Of a stretch of DNA of 32,363 nucleotides, positions 1 through 10,080 are shown piece after piece. Position 1 is the first letter of the stretch. Every line of letters begins with the position of its first letter. Under the pieces are notes generated by a model. The model did no database searches. It saw nothing but the letters and a program-made list of their open reading frames with translations, and was not told the origin of the DNA. Source of the stretch: Octopus bimaculoides (lineage: Eukaryota); assembly GCF_001194135.2 (NCBI RefSeq), contig NC_068982.1, positions 54,182,752 through 54,215,114 of the forward strand, in the 5' to 3' direction. A program made the translations under genes and the position numbers.

Positions 1-2
1 GA

Positions 3-281
3 TAGGTGCCCATTGACGCGAACTACCGAATGGATGCCTCTGTACAAGGCAGCCATCCAGCCGCGGAAAATGGGACCGAAGCCGGCCGCCATGAGGACAG
101 CCTCCAAGTATTGATGGTCTACCCTATCGAAAGCTTTCGATTGATCTAAATTGATCAGGGCCCCACCCATGCCAGGTTCTTTAACTACCCGCTCTATGAT
201 GTAGCGCATCAGATGGAGGTTGTCATGGATGCTCCTGCCCGGCACGGCGCACGTTTGCGCCTTGCCGATCAGTTTCTCGAT
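3..281 (-). mobile_element. L1/Tx1-clade non-LTR retrotransposon, reverse transcriptase fragment (continues off the left edge)
   Basis: Manual translation gives 93 stop-free codons: IEKLIGKAQTCAVPGRSIHDNLHLMRYIIERV...LINLDQSKAFDRVDHQYL...GFGP.F..W...LY...VRVNGHL. QTCAVPGRSI.DN and LDQSKAFDRVDH (114-149) are typical L1/Tx1 RT motifs. Confidence 0.92.
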
Positions 282-282
282 G

Positions 283-333
<51 letters not shown>

Positions 334-390
334 CAGTTAGATAGACAGACAGACAGGTAGACAGACACATACATACATATACATATACAT
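283..390. repeat. Compound microsatellite (AGAT)n-(AGAC)n-(ACAT)n
   Basis: Read directly from the sequence. Confidence 0.95.
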
Positions 391-444
391 AAATAGAAAG
401 TTATTTATAGCTACATACACCCACCTCGCTACAAACACATATAT

Positions 445-1890
445 TAGTTACCAACTTGTGCTCGAGTATGACGTCTTGGAATTTCTTCTTGAGCCTTTTT
501 CTTTGCCTGAACTGATTTCATAGATTACTTCATGCCAGCCTTCAACCTCATCACTTTGCCACACATGTTGCTCTTCAAACGAATTTGCTGGGGTCCTGCA
601 CCTGCTACATTACATCATGGCCTCCAATGTGACTCTTAAAACTAGCAAGAGAAAAACATATTTTTTTGCTATATATTTCACATTGACTACTTTTTTTGTC
701 CGCAGCTCTTGATGTTCCTATTTGCTTCCTCTTCCGAATTGCTCTTTTGAATGATGTATGCCGAATGTTTTCCCTTCCAAATAATTCTTCGCCATCAAAC
801 ATTGTTTTTCTCTACTTTGCTCTTGTCATTTCCAGTTCACAACAGAAATAGCTCAATTCTTCAAGTTCATCTTATGAAGGTTTTTGTACTGCTGCTTGGT
901 TGTTAAGGCTTCCCTCTTTCTTTGTTTCAGTTCCACATAAAACAGTTGCTTTGAATTTCTGGTATTACTCATTTGAACAAGATGTCCACTCTACCTTAAA
1001 ACACTCCGAAATCAGCGTTAGTCATTTGAGCTTTGTCTAGATCTTCGACATCTGGGATACGTGTGGTCCACTTCCCATTGAATATATGTTTCAAACAGCA
1101 TTGGTGAGACCGTTCAAACTTGAGATCACTTGTAGATCACCCCAGTTTCACGTCCATGCAATAAAGCTGAGAGCGCACTAGTTTTTTAGATGAGTATGCA
1201 CTTAATCTGGTCCCTTGTTGTAACTACAGCTAGCTTTCCAGATTTCCGAAAGCAATCGAAGCCATCTTCATTCTGCGTAACATTTCCTCAAAACATACAT
1301 CATCTGACAGTACACTTCCCAGATAAGTAAAAGGCTTTACCATTTTTAATACTTTATCTTCAACTAATATCTTTGGTTTAACGCCTGCTTTTCCAGGTGC
1401 AACATTCAACATAACTTTTGTTTTCACATTCATTTACAAGCTACAAGCTTTGCATGATGCGTTAAAAACTGCAATCAGATCCTGCAGTTTTTGTTCTGTG
1501 AGATACTAAATCGCAATCATCAGCATATTATAGTTCCCTAACAAAATATTCAAGCATCTACGGTAAATTTCTTGTGAATGTAGATTCCTTTAGTATTACC
1601 TTTGAATGATAACGTAAATATTGCTATAAAGTAAAGAGCAAATGACGTCGGCGCAAGAATGTCTCCTTGCTTTACGCCGCTATTATCAGGAAAAAATTCA
1701 GATAAATTACAATTAAAGTACTCTCTAACATTCTTGTTGTCATGAAAAGGTTGTACCGAATCTGTAAACTTATTAGGATAAACAAATTTCCTTAACACAT
1801 TTCCATAGCATTGATCTATTGACTGAATCAGATGTCTTGATCTCATCAAGATCAAAAATCATTGATACAAATAAAGATATATGATTAGTG
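445..1890 (-). mobile_element. Degenerate RTE-clade LINE (RT domain to 3' end), many frameshifts and stops
   Basis: Colinear minus-strand motifs: SDSVNRSMLWK (~1800-1835), GVKQG (1664-1678), YADD (1516-1527), KTKVM, FTYLGS (1314-1331), LLHGRET, ERSHQCCLKHI, PKQLFYVEL-like, then two C-terminal C..C..H-like zinc-finger remnants (~610-690 and ~520-570). Confidence 0.88.
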
Positions 1891-2750
1891 CCCTACACAA
1901 CATTTTTGGATAATTTAAAACAGAACGGAAAACTATTTCTAATTAACAGAAACTAATTTGTATAAATGTACATTTGTATGTACGTATGTATATACACTAT
2001 ATAGATAGGAAGAAGGATAAACTTACACACACAGAAGTACATGCATACGTACATCATAGCAATTGATTTTGAGTTGGTACAGTTAACTATTATGCATGGA
2101 GAAAAATAATCTAATGACGTTAATCCATTAATCAGAAAAGATTAAAAGTATAAGATATGATCTACATGTGTAAAACTTTGAAGCAGTAGATACGACCAAA
2201 TTTTCGAATTGAATACGATGTCAAATAATCAAAAGGCTCAAAATATCCATCAGCCTAATCCATCGTTAGGATGGAAGCTTCCACAGGAAGATTTTTATTA
2301 TGGTTTATAGAGTACCCTAAACACTGAACGAAGTCATCTTCTGGATTTTCAACATGAAGGCTGTCTCTAAATATACTCCTTGAATACTCTCTTCTGACTT
2401 CAGACTCTTGGAATTTAATAGTGTTGTTCTGCAGCCAAATAGACGGATTATGCACCGAATACTACACGGATGCACCAAATCATCAAACTCTGATGCTCGG
2501 ACCACTACACTGATGTGAGGAATTCGTTGTTCAATGTAAAAGGATGTTAGACGTCTTAAAACCCAATTTGAAATAGGACGCAAAAAGAGAGAACACCGAC
2601 GAATAGATATACATTGACGAATAGGCGAGTACTGTAGTTCGCTTGAAACATTTTGAATTGTTTGTAAAGAATAAAAAGTTTTGAATGGTACAACAATGCA
2701 CTATAATACAAAATGGACTATATACTTGTTGTAATTTAGTTATCTATAGT

Positions 2751-2788
2751 CCGATGATATTTTGGAATACAGTTCCTTCTTCAGATCT
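2751..2788 (-). ncRNA. Minimal type I hammerhead-ribozyme-like motif (one core substitution), Penelope/retrozyme type
   Basis: Minus strand AGAT-CTGAAGA-A-GGAA-CTGTA-TTCC-AAAA-T-ATC/ATC-GG: CUGANGA box, 4-bp stem II, GAAA mutated to AAAA, loopless stem III, GAT/ATC stem I. Confidence 0.5.
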
Positions 2789-3664
2789 TCTTAGATGGAG
2801 TCTCTGCTATAAACTGTTTACTAACGGCTTTTCTTTTTTTCTTTTTTTTCCGGAAGTGTGAGTAGTGGTCTCACGAAGCTTCTTCCGGAATTCCTCATGA
2901 GAAGTGCGTGAGGTCGGCTATGTTTCAATCTCGTGTGTGTTGGTATATCTGTAGCGCTGCTTCTAAGTTATGTGTTATACGTGCAGCTTCTCTTTTTCTT
3001 TTTTTTTTCTTTTTTCTCTTTTTTTTTTTATTATAAACAATACATGAGCATGATGTACATAACGTCTGCTCGAATCAAACGGAAGATATTTTGTAAATTG
3101 TTCGGGAATGTATCTAATTAATTTAGACGAACTTTTTATCAGTTCCAAGTAGACCAATGTCATCTACCAAGCACATATGAAAGCCTATGATCTCAGCTTA
3201 TTATACCAAACTAAGCACTAATATTGGTTGATATGATTTCAATCCATTCTGGGGTTTTTGAAACAATAGTAACATCTTTCAAAAGAAAATATACATGTAA
3301 CAAATTTGTGATTTTCTTATTTTCTAGTATGGCAGTGAGATGAACCTGCCAGCAGGAATACATATCTAGTATAATAGAGTACGAAGTACCCCCTTCCCCC
3401 TCAAAGAATGTACCTTCTATCTTGTAGGTATGATACTCTATTGCAATCTCTGGGGGGTCATACAAGTTAAAGTATATGTGTATGTATGTATGTATACACA
3501 CACGCGCACACGCGCACACGCGCACATACACACACACACACTCACACACACACACACACACACGTGACATATGTATGTATGTAATTTCCCTATATCAGCG
3601 TTTTCTCCGGTAGCAATTACTACTACTACTACTACTACTAATGATAATAATAATAATAATGCAT

Positions 3665-3875
3665 ACAAATTTTGTCACAAGGGTAGCAATTTTGGGGGGA
3701 GCTGATGAGTCGATTACATCGACCCCAGTTGCGTAACTTGTACTGAATTTATCGACCCCGAAAGGATGAAAGGCAAAGTTGACTCCGGCGGAATTTGAAC
3801 TCAGAACGTAAGGGCAGACGAAATACTGCTAAACATTTCGCCCGGCTTGCTAACGTTTCTGCCAGCTCGCCGCCT
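3665..3875 (-). mobile_element. tRNA-derived SINE family A, near full length
   Basis: Reverse complement starts AGGCGGCGAGCTGGCAGAAACG (A box) and has GAGTTCAAATTCC (B box), core GGGGTCGATAAATTCAGTAC and GGGGTCGATGTAATCGAC. Matches many other copies in the window. Confidence 0.9.
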
Positions 3876-4000
3876 TTAATAATAACAATAATACAACTTT
3901 GACTTTTTGTCTAATTATCACTCACTTTTCATACTATAATGTGCATACGATTTTATGCATATTCAGAGGGAGAAATTGAAGGAAATGTAGATAAGCATAA

Positions 4001-4010
4001 GCTGCTGCTG

Positions 4011-4105
<95 letters not shown>

Positions 4106-4128
4106 GGTGGTGGTGGTGGTAGTGGTAG
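4001..4128. repeat. (GCT)n(CTA)14(TAG)15(TGG)n compound trinucleotide repeat with an internal perfect palindrome
   Basis: Read directly from the sequence; symmetry centre CTAG at 4050-4053. Confidence 0.95.
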
Positions 4129-4569
4129 AAAAAATGTAACTAAATGGAACAAAGTTAGCGGGAAGTGAGTTGCAGAAGCACTAAGAAGGGGTCGGTTATT
4201 AAGCATTTCCTCGGCGCAATTGAGCGGGAAATATCAATGCTATTAGATATAATCTAAGTGTCTGGAGATCTTTCTCCTTTCTCTCCACCTGCAAATGTCA
4301 ACGGGAGTGAGGTGTGTGGAGTCGGTGTGGGGCGGGAGTGATCAGTCCCCCGACACATAAATTACACACACCGACAAACACACACTTAATTGCACTTCCA
4401 TGTGGACATACACTTACGTAAACGCACACAAGCGCTGAAACAGGCACACATACATGTACACTTATACATATACATGAGCATAATAATGTAGATGTTTATT
4501 TTAAGTTTTCGTGACTTTCCATTGTCTATATGTCCATAAGTGTATTTTTTAAAACGTAAACAGAATTAT

Positions 4570-4613
<44 letters not shown>

Positions 4614-5240
4614 ATATTCATACATATATACTAATACTTAAATATACTGTATATATACATACACATGTATTTATACATATGTACATACACACACACATGG
4701 AGACCCACACATAAATACACACACATATACGTAGAGAGATAGAAATAGATGTATAGTATTATGTACCTATTATGTATGTATGTGCGTATGTATGTATGTA
4801 TGTATATGTATGCATGTGTGTATGTAGTCTCTTCTATTTTTTAATTATTATAAATCTTCCACTGAGGAGGAAGCCGGTTTCCAACAAAGATACAAGGATC
4901 CATCTTTGGGATGTAGTTAACACAGACAAATTCACATTTGGAACTTGAGAAAAGTCTTACATATTTTTACTGCCCCACTCACAGATTGCACTTGTAATGT
5001 ACGATTTAGCCGGTCGATGTATGTATGTATGTATGTATGTGTATATGTATGTATGTATGAATGAATGAATGAATGTGTATATACATTTACAGAAGAGCAT
5101 TCCAAGCATCTGAAATCATACAAAAAACTTAAATTAAAATTTCCATATATTTCTCGAAATATCAAGATTTCCGTCGATCAACAAACGCAGATCCGTAGTG
5201 TTATTTCCCAAGTCGCATCGAAGCAAAAGAATCTTTTCTA

Positions 5241-5372
5241 CCCTAGAGACAAGGCCCGAAATTGGTGGGGGGGGGCAGTCGATTAGATCAACCCCAGTAT
5301 GCAACTGGTACTTAATTTATCGACCCCGAAAGATGAAAGGCAAAGTCGACTTCGGCGGAATTTGAAACCGAA
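5241..5372 (-). mobile_element. SINE family A, 5'-truncated copy
   Basis: GTCGATTAGATCAACCCCAG...CTGGTACTTAATTTATCGACCCCGAAAGATGAAAGGCAAAGTCGAC..CGGCGGAATTTGAA matches the family A core and B box. Confidence 0.85.
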
Positions 5373-5505
5373 TCTTATATTCGTAGGCGGAGTACAGCAG
5401 CACACTCAGCACATAAATATTTACCTTAAAATACATATATACCCTAAAAATATATATCCATGCATACTCTTTTAGTCATGGTAGTCATGGTGGAGAAGGA
5501 TAAAT

Positions 5506-5575
5506 TGAACAAATCGATCCAATATTTGTTTCTAAGTCTGGTACTTATTCTATCGGTCTCTATTGCCGAACTGCT
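5506..5575 (-). mobile_element. SINE family B 3'-half fragment
   Basis: GTACTTATTCTATCGGTCTC..TTGCCGAAC matches the family B copies at 16512 and 26341. Confidence 0.65.
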
Positions 5576-5799
5576 ACAGGCATACATGCATACATGATGG
5601 CTGCAAACTCGTGATCGAATATTGCCATCGCCTGATCGAATGTCCCACACAAATACTACGACCAGCTATTTTTGTGATAGCTATTACGTTTTCTTCAAGC
5701 GATGCCTTTGCATGATGATTCTTTTATAGTAGGAAAAAGATTTGCACAAATCCAGTCCCACTCTCTGAACATGGACAACATAAACTCGAATAAGAGAAC

Positions 5800-6190
5800 T
5801 AGTCTACATCATCGAATATTGTCAGTGTCGCAGGTTTTATCTCAGAGTTTCCCTCTCCTAGAGAGATGTTGTGACAACAACAGAGGAGCCTTTCACTCCC
5901 AGTGGGCCAACCGCGCGCCTGGACACAAACCCAGATATTTCGACGTCCCCCCGCATACATATATGCATACTTACACATGTACACATATTGTCGGATGGCC
6001 GTTGACTACTCATGAACTATTCCCCACTTTGACTGGTCCTATTTTTCGTCCTGCAGGGTGTCCAACAATCACCCTCCTCACCAAGCAAGCTTGATGGGGG
6101 TTGCCAGTTTAGTCGCCAACGACCCGACCATGCAACAGGTTGTATAGGGTTACATGTTACCAGTAACACCGAAGAGCGACCTGACATGAA
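5800..6190 (-). mobile_element. Possible RTE-type LINE 5' UTR remnant
   Basis: GC-richer non-coding block. Minus-strand CTAGGAGAGGGAAACTCTGAGATAAAACC resembles a motif I associate with RTE 5' UTRs (from memory, not searched). Confidence 0.3.
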
Positions 6191-6272
6191 CACATGCATA
6201 CATACACACACACATATTATACATACATACATACATGCATACATGCATGCATATATACATGTATATATACAT

Positions 6273-6971
6273 NNNNNNNNNNNNNNNNNNNNNNNNNNNN
6301 NNNNNNNNNNNNNNNNNNNNNNNNNNNNNNNNNNNNNNNNNNNNNNNNNNNNNNNNNNNNNNNNNNNNNNNNNNNNNNNNNNNNNNNNNNNNNNNNNNNN
6401 NNNNNNNNNNNNNNNNNNNNNNNNNNNNNNNNNNNNNNNNNNNNNNNNNNNNNNNNNNNNNNNNNNNNNNNNNNNNNNNNNNNNNNNNNNNNNNNNNNNN
6501 NNNNNNNNNNNNNNNNNNNNNNNNNNNNNNNNNNNNNNNNNNNNNNNNNNNNNNNNNNNNNNNNNNNNNNNNNNNNNNNNNNNNNNNNNNNNNNNNNNNN
6601 NNNNNNNNNNNNNNNNNNNNNNNNNNNNNNNNNNNNNNNNNNNNNNNNNNNNNNNNNNNNNNNNNNNNNNNNNNNNNNNNNNNNNNNNNNNNNNNNNNNN
6701 NNNNNNNNNNNNNNNNNNNNNNNNNNNNNNNNNNNNNNNNNNNNNNNNNNNNNNNNNNNNNNNNNNNNNNNNNNNNNNNNNNNNNNNNNNNNNNNNNNNN
6801 NNNNNNNNNNNNNNNNNNNNNNNNNNNNNNNNNNNNNNNNNNNNNNNNNNNNNNNNNNNNNNNNNNNNNNNNNNNNNNNNNNNNNNNNNNNNNNNNNNNN
6901 NNNNNNNNNNNNNNNNNNNNNNNNNNNNNNNNNNNNNNNNNNNNNNNNNNNNNNNNNNNNNNNNNNNNNNN
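6273..6971. other. Assembly gap (N run) flanked by microsatellites
   Basis: Continuous N characters. Confidence 1.
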
Positions 6972-6992
6972 GTGCGTGCCTGCGTGCGTGCC

Positions 6993-7024
<32 letters not shown>

Positions 7025-7190
7025 TGTGTGTGTGTGTGTCTCTGTGTGTGGGTACGTGTCTGTGTGTATATGTGTGTGTGTTTTTGTTTGTGCATGTGTG
7101 TGCTTGAGTGTGTTTGTGTGTCTTTGTGGGTGTGTTTGTGAGTGTGTGCGTGTATGTATATATATATGCATGTGTGTGTATGTATGTTGA
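6972..7190. repeat. (GTGC)n grading into degenerate (GT)n
   Basis: Read directly from the sequence. Confidence 0.9.
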
Positions 7191-7509
7191 GAGAGAATAG
7201 ATAGACGTGCATGAAATTAGGTTATATAATCTAAGCAAGATATCTAATCACTGATAGTACGCATCAAGTTTACAGATTGTCGGTTACATATCGTTATGTC
7301 TATATAAATTTTTAAAAAAAGGAAAGAGGGGACCTTATATATACCAAATGAGAAAAATTATACAACAGTTATCACATAATGCTTTGTAGGATATTTAGAT
7401 GTCACTGTAAATATTCGCCGTGTCAGCTGGTGTTAAACTATTAAACCATTTAGTTTACTCGTTTAGCTGTACTTATAGCTACTAGTTGCTGACTCCCGAC
7501 TTGTTAGAT

Positions 7510-7853
7510 CAGGTGTTCTCAACTAATTTTTATCTACGGACCATTTCGATTGTTATTTTATTCTGGTGACCCCCCCTCCCATCACAATTCAATGTTTAAA
7601 AACTAGTTTTATAGAATGCTACTTATTAATGTTTTCACACATTAACTAGTGTAGGTTGAACTCTGTAAAATGTTATAGAAAGGAGACCAGATGTTTCTTG
7701 GAATACCTACCAATACACACATCTAAAGCAAAATTTTATCAGGGACCTTTAAAATATTATTGTGGATCCCCAGTTTACTATTCTGTTGTGTAGACCCCCT
7801 AAAAGCTTATATGGACCTTCAGGGGTTATATGGACCCCGGTTGAGAACCACTA
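7510..7853. mobile_element. Non-autonomous hAT (Charlie-like) MITE
   Basis: Imperfect TIRs CAGGTGTTCTCAAC and GTTGAGAACCACTA; exact 8-bp TSD TGTTAGAT at 7502-7509 and 7854-7861. Confidence 0.88.
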
Positions 7854-8149
7854 TGTTAGATAAATTATCCAGTGAGTTAAAAGCAACCAGATTTTTTTAT
7901 ATGATTCCATTCTGTACGGAAGAGTTGATGTAGTTGTTACACAACAAGAAGTTTTTCATACAAAATGCTCAAAAAAAAATCTTGCTATCTACTTTGAATA
8001 AGCAGATGAGTCAAAATTAGTCGATGTTCCCAGATCTTCATTTGGGACTGATGTTAAGCTGGGTCAAGCTCTCCTTAGCTTTTTTTTTTCTGCTTCCTTC
8101 AGTTTGGATTCCTTCAGACAAAAAATTGCTTTTGGCATTGGTTGTCCAC

Positions 8150-8640
8150 TTCTGTTGTCTCTATATATGCTCGAGAATCGATCGTTGATGATGACTTTGG
8201 AGGAGGTCAAGAGGGAAAGTTTCTTTGACCAACGAGCAGCGTTGTCGACCTGAAGGGGTTAGGCGGGAATACCCCTTTTTTTCATACCCTATTCTCTTCA
8301 ATTCTTTCTATGGCTTTCCGCTCCTGTTGAGATCAAGAGTTCCTTCCGGTGAATTACCTAAAAATCTACTGCCAAACTGCTAAGTTGTTCTCTATGGTGG
8401 CAGTCACAGTTTTTAAACCGCGGTCCACATTCACCTTTACTGCTCCTTTAAAATATATACTCTGCGCCTCATCAAACTGCTGCTACTGCTGCTCAGATCA
8501 CACATACATTCCCATGGCTCTATTTAGAACAGAGTTGAGTTCTCAAGAATTATGTTGACCTTATAAGAAAGAATGGGATTGGGAAACCCAAAACATTTTT
8601 TGCCTCCGCTTCATATTGAACAAGTCGCAACGGTAACCAC
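8150..8640 (-). pseudogene. Possible decayed LINE ORF1 (gag-like) remnant
   Basis: Frameshifted minus-strand pieces VLGFP, RRRVYILK, LAVDF and GAESHRKN could be an RRM followed by a decayed CCHC knuckle. Weak. Confidence 0.22.
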
Positions 8641-8789
8641 CTAATTCTTTCAAAGCTAATTGATGACACTGGTCATTATTTCGGTCCATAGAGAGAGGAT
8701 CATGTCCTAGTGCTCATAAGTAATTTTCACGCATATATACATTCATCCGTATATACTTAAGAGTGAGAGGGAGAGTGTATATGTATCGC

Positions 8790-8895
8790 GTGCGTGTACA
8801 CGCGTTCATTCGTGAGTGTGTGCGTGCGTGTGCGCGTGCGTGTGCGTGTGCGCGTGCGTGTGCGCATGCGTGTGCATGTGTGTGTGAATGTGTGT
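8790..8895. repeat. Alternating (GT/GC)n purine-pyrimidine tract
   Basis: Read directly from the sequence. Confidence 0.9.
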
Positions 8896-8896
8896 T

Positions 8897-10080
8897 GTCA
8901 GTTTTCAGAATTGTTTTATTAGGCTCTAATATAAGCATGACTACAGACGGAAAGCCTCAAAAATATAAAACAAAAAATATGAACAAAAGAAAATGCTCCA
9001 CAACCTCTTCTGAACTATTACTCTCATGTATGCATCATAGACAAGATGACCGAAGCGTTGCCGAGAAGAACAATCAGCAATATTCACTGCTTCAGCTACT
9101 TTACTTCATCGGACTCTTTCCTCGGGTACACCTCCTTTAAACCAAATCGCCTATGGATGGTCACTGTTCAAGGATCGAGCACATCAGTATCTACTGTGAC
9201 CAGCGCTAAAAGAATGCTGTTCATTAAGGATTTAGTGATATTCCATTCTCGGCGTTGCAGGCGGCAGAACTCGGGTGTACGACCGAAGACACAAGTTTGA
9301 ATCTGGAGGATGTAGCACATTTGCCATTCACGATGAACAACTTGGATCCTTTCAACGAAAAAGGAATTATCTCGTCCAGATGTCAACTGCTACTCTAGTA
9401 GAGGACAACAGTTGCGACAGGAAACGGGCTGCGTCGAGATTCTTTTTATAACAATGTTTAGTGCTACGTGTCGAGGGTAGTGTCCAATATTGTCAGATGA
9501 GAGTGTGTGTAGTCCGAACTCGTCGATAGTAGCGTCACAGCGGTATTCGTGTAGCTTAGATACGCAGAGACCCAAGCACAGCAATTCCTAGCGTATGCAC
9601 TCATCAAGAAGGGTGCCGCCGAGAAAATTATTGCTGTGTTATGCCAGATGTTTGATTGCAAGATAGTCCAGTGGCGGGAAATGGAGTAGATAAAAGGATG
9701 ATTAAATTCTAGTTCTAGAGCAACTAAATTTGATATTGTCTCAACTGTGCTCATTATCAACATCTCGGGGGACAGCGAGATCTATATAAACCCAAATATC
9801 TTGCACAGACTCGTAATCGTGGTCCATGCCAAGCTCAGATGTGTTGCGGAGAATCTCATGGGTGAATATACGGCCCCATATATATATGGGGGTGGAGTGG
9901 TAAGATATAAGCTGCCAATACCCTATTGGATATTGAGGCCCCCGAACATCAAGGGAATTCTTGTTTGCTACTGGCCAGAGTCGTCGAAAATGACATTTTA
10001 CCTCCTGGAGCATTTTGTGATTAGGCACTTTATGATAATCGTAACGGAATTTGTTACTAGTATGACACGAGTATCTTAAT
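8897..10080 (-). mobile_element. Degenerate CRE-clade non-LTR retrotransposon (RT C-terminus, zinc knuckle, restriction-like endonuclease, 3' UTR)
   Basis: Colinear frameshifted motifs: DLAVP; SNIWHNT (~SG.WLNA); GTLLDE; LGL.V..LHEYRCDATIDEFGLHTLS (9498-9518); YPRHVALN (9456-9479); LDEIIPFS (~RPDG...PF); SAACNAE (9248-9268); KQ*ILLIVLLGNASVIL (9042-9062, ~QRIS.A.QRGNA.SIL); stop at 9024-9026; AATAAA at 8915-8920. Confidence 0.72.

Noticed and set aside
2317-2583. 88-aa ORF or possible terminal exon
   Set aside because: No recognisable motif; it may instead be decayed repeat sequence linked to the nearby hammerhead motif.
3211-3570. 119-aa minus-strand ORF
   Set aside because: It starts in a microsatellite, has no recognisable domain, and ORFs of this length are expected by chance in 32 kb.
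4855-4890. CTGAGGA followed by a GGAAG/TTTCC hairpin as a hammerhead
   Set aside because: No GAAA box and no stem I or stem III.
6017-7238. Six long ORFs (290-384 aa)
   Set aside because: They run through the N gap and CA/GT microsatellites; artefacts.
9600-9720. SISRHWTILQSN...PFLMSAYARN read as a Penelope RT-endonuclease linker
   Set aside because: The surrounding frames give a longer, colinear CRE-type motif series, so the Penelope resemblance is probably coincidental.
9228-10079. Plus-strand frame with a faint OTU-like look, including the 110-aa ORF at 9747
   Set aside because: Eight in-frame stops, no catalytic Cys/His, and it is the antisense of the CRE element.
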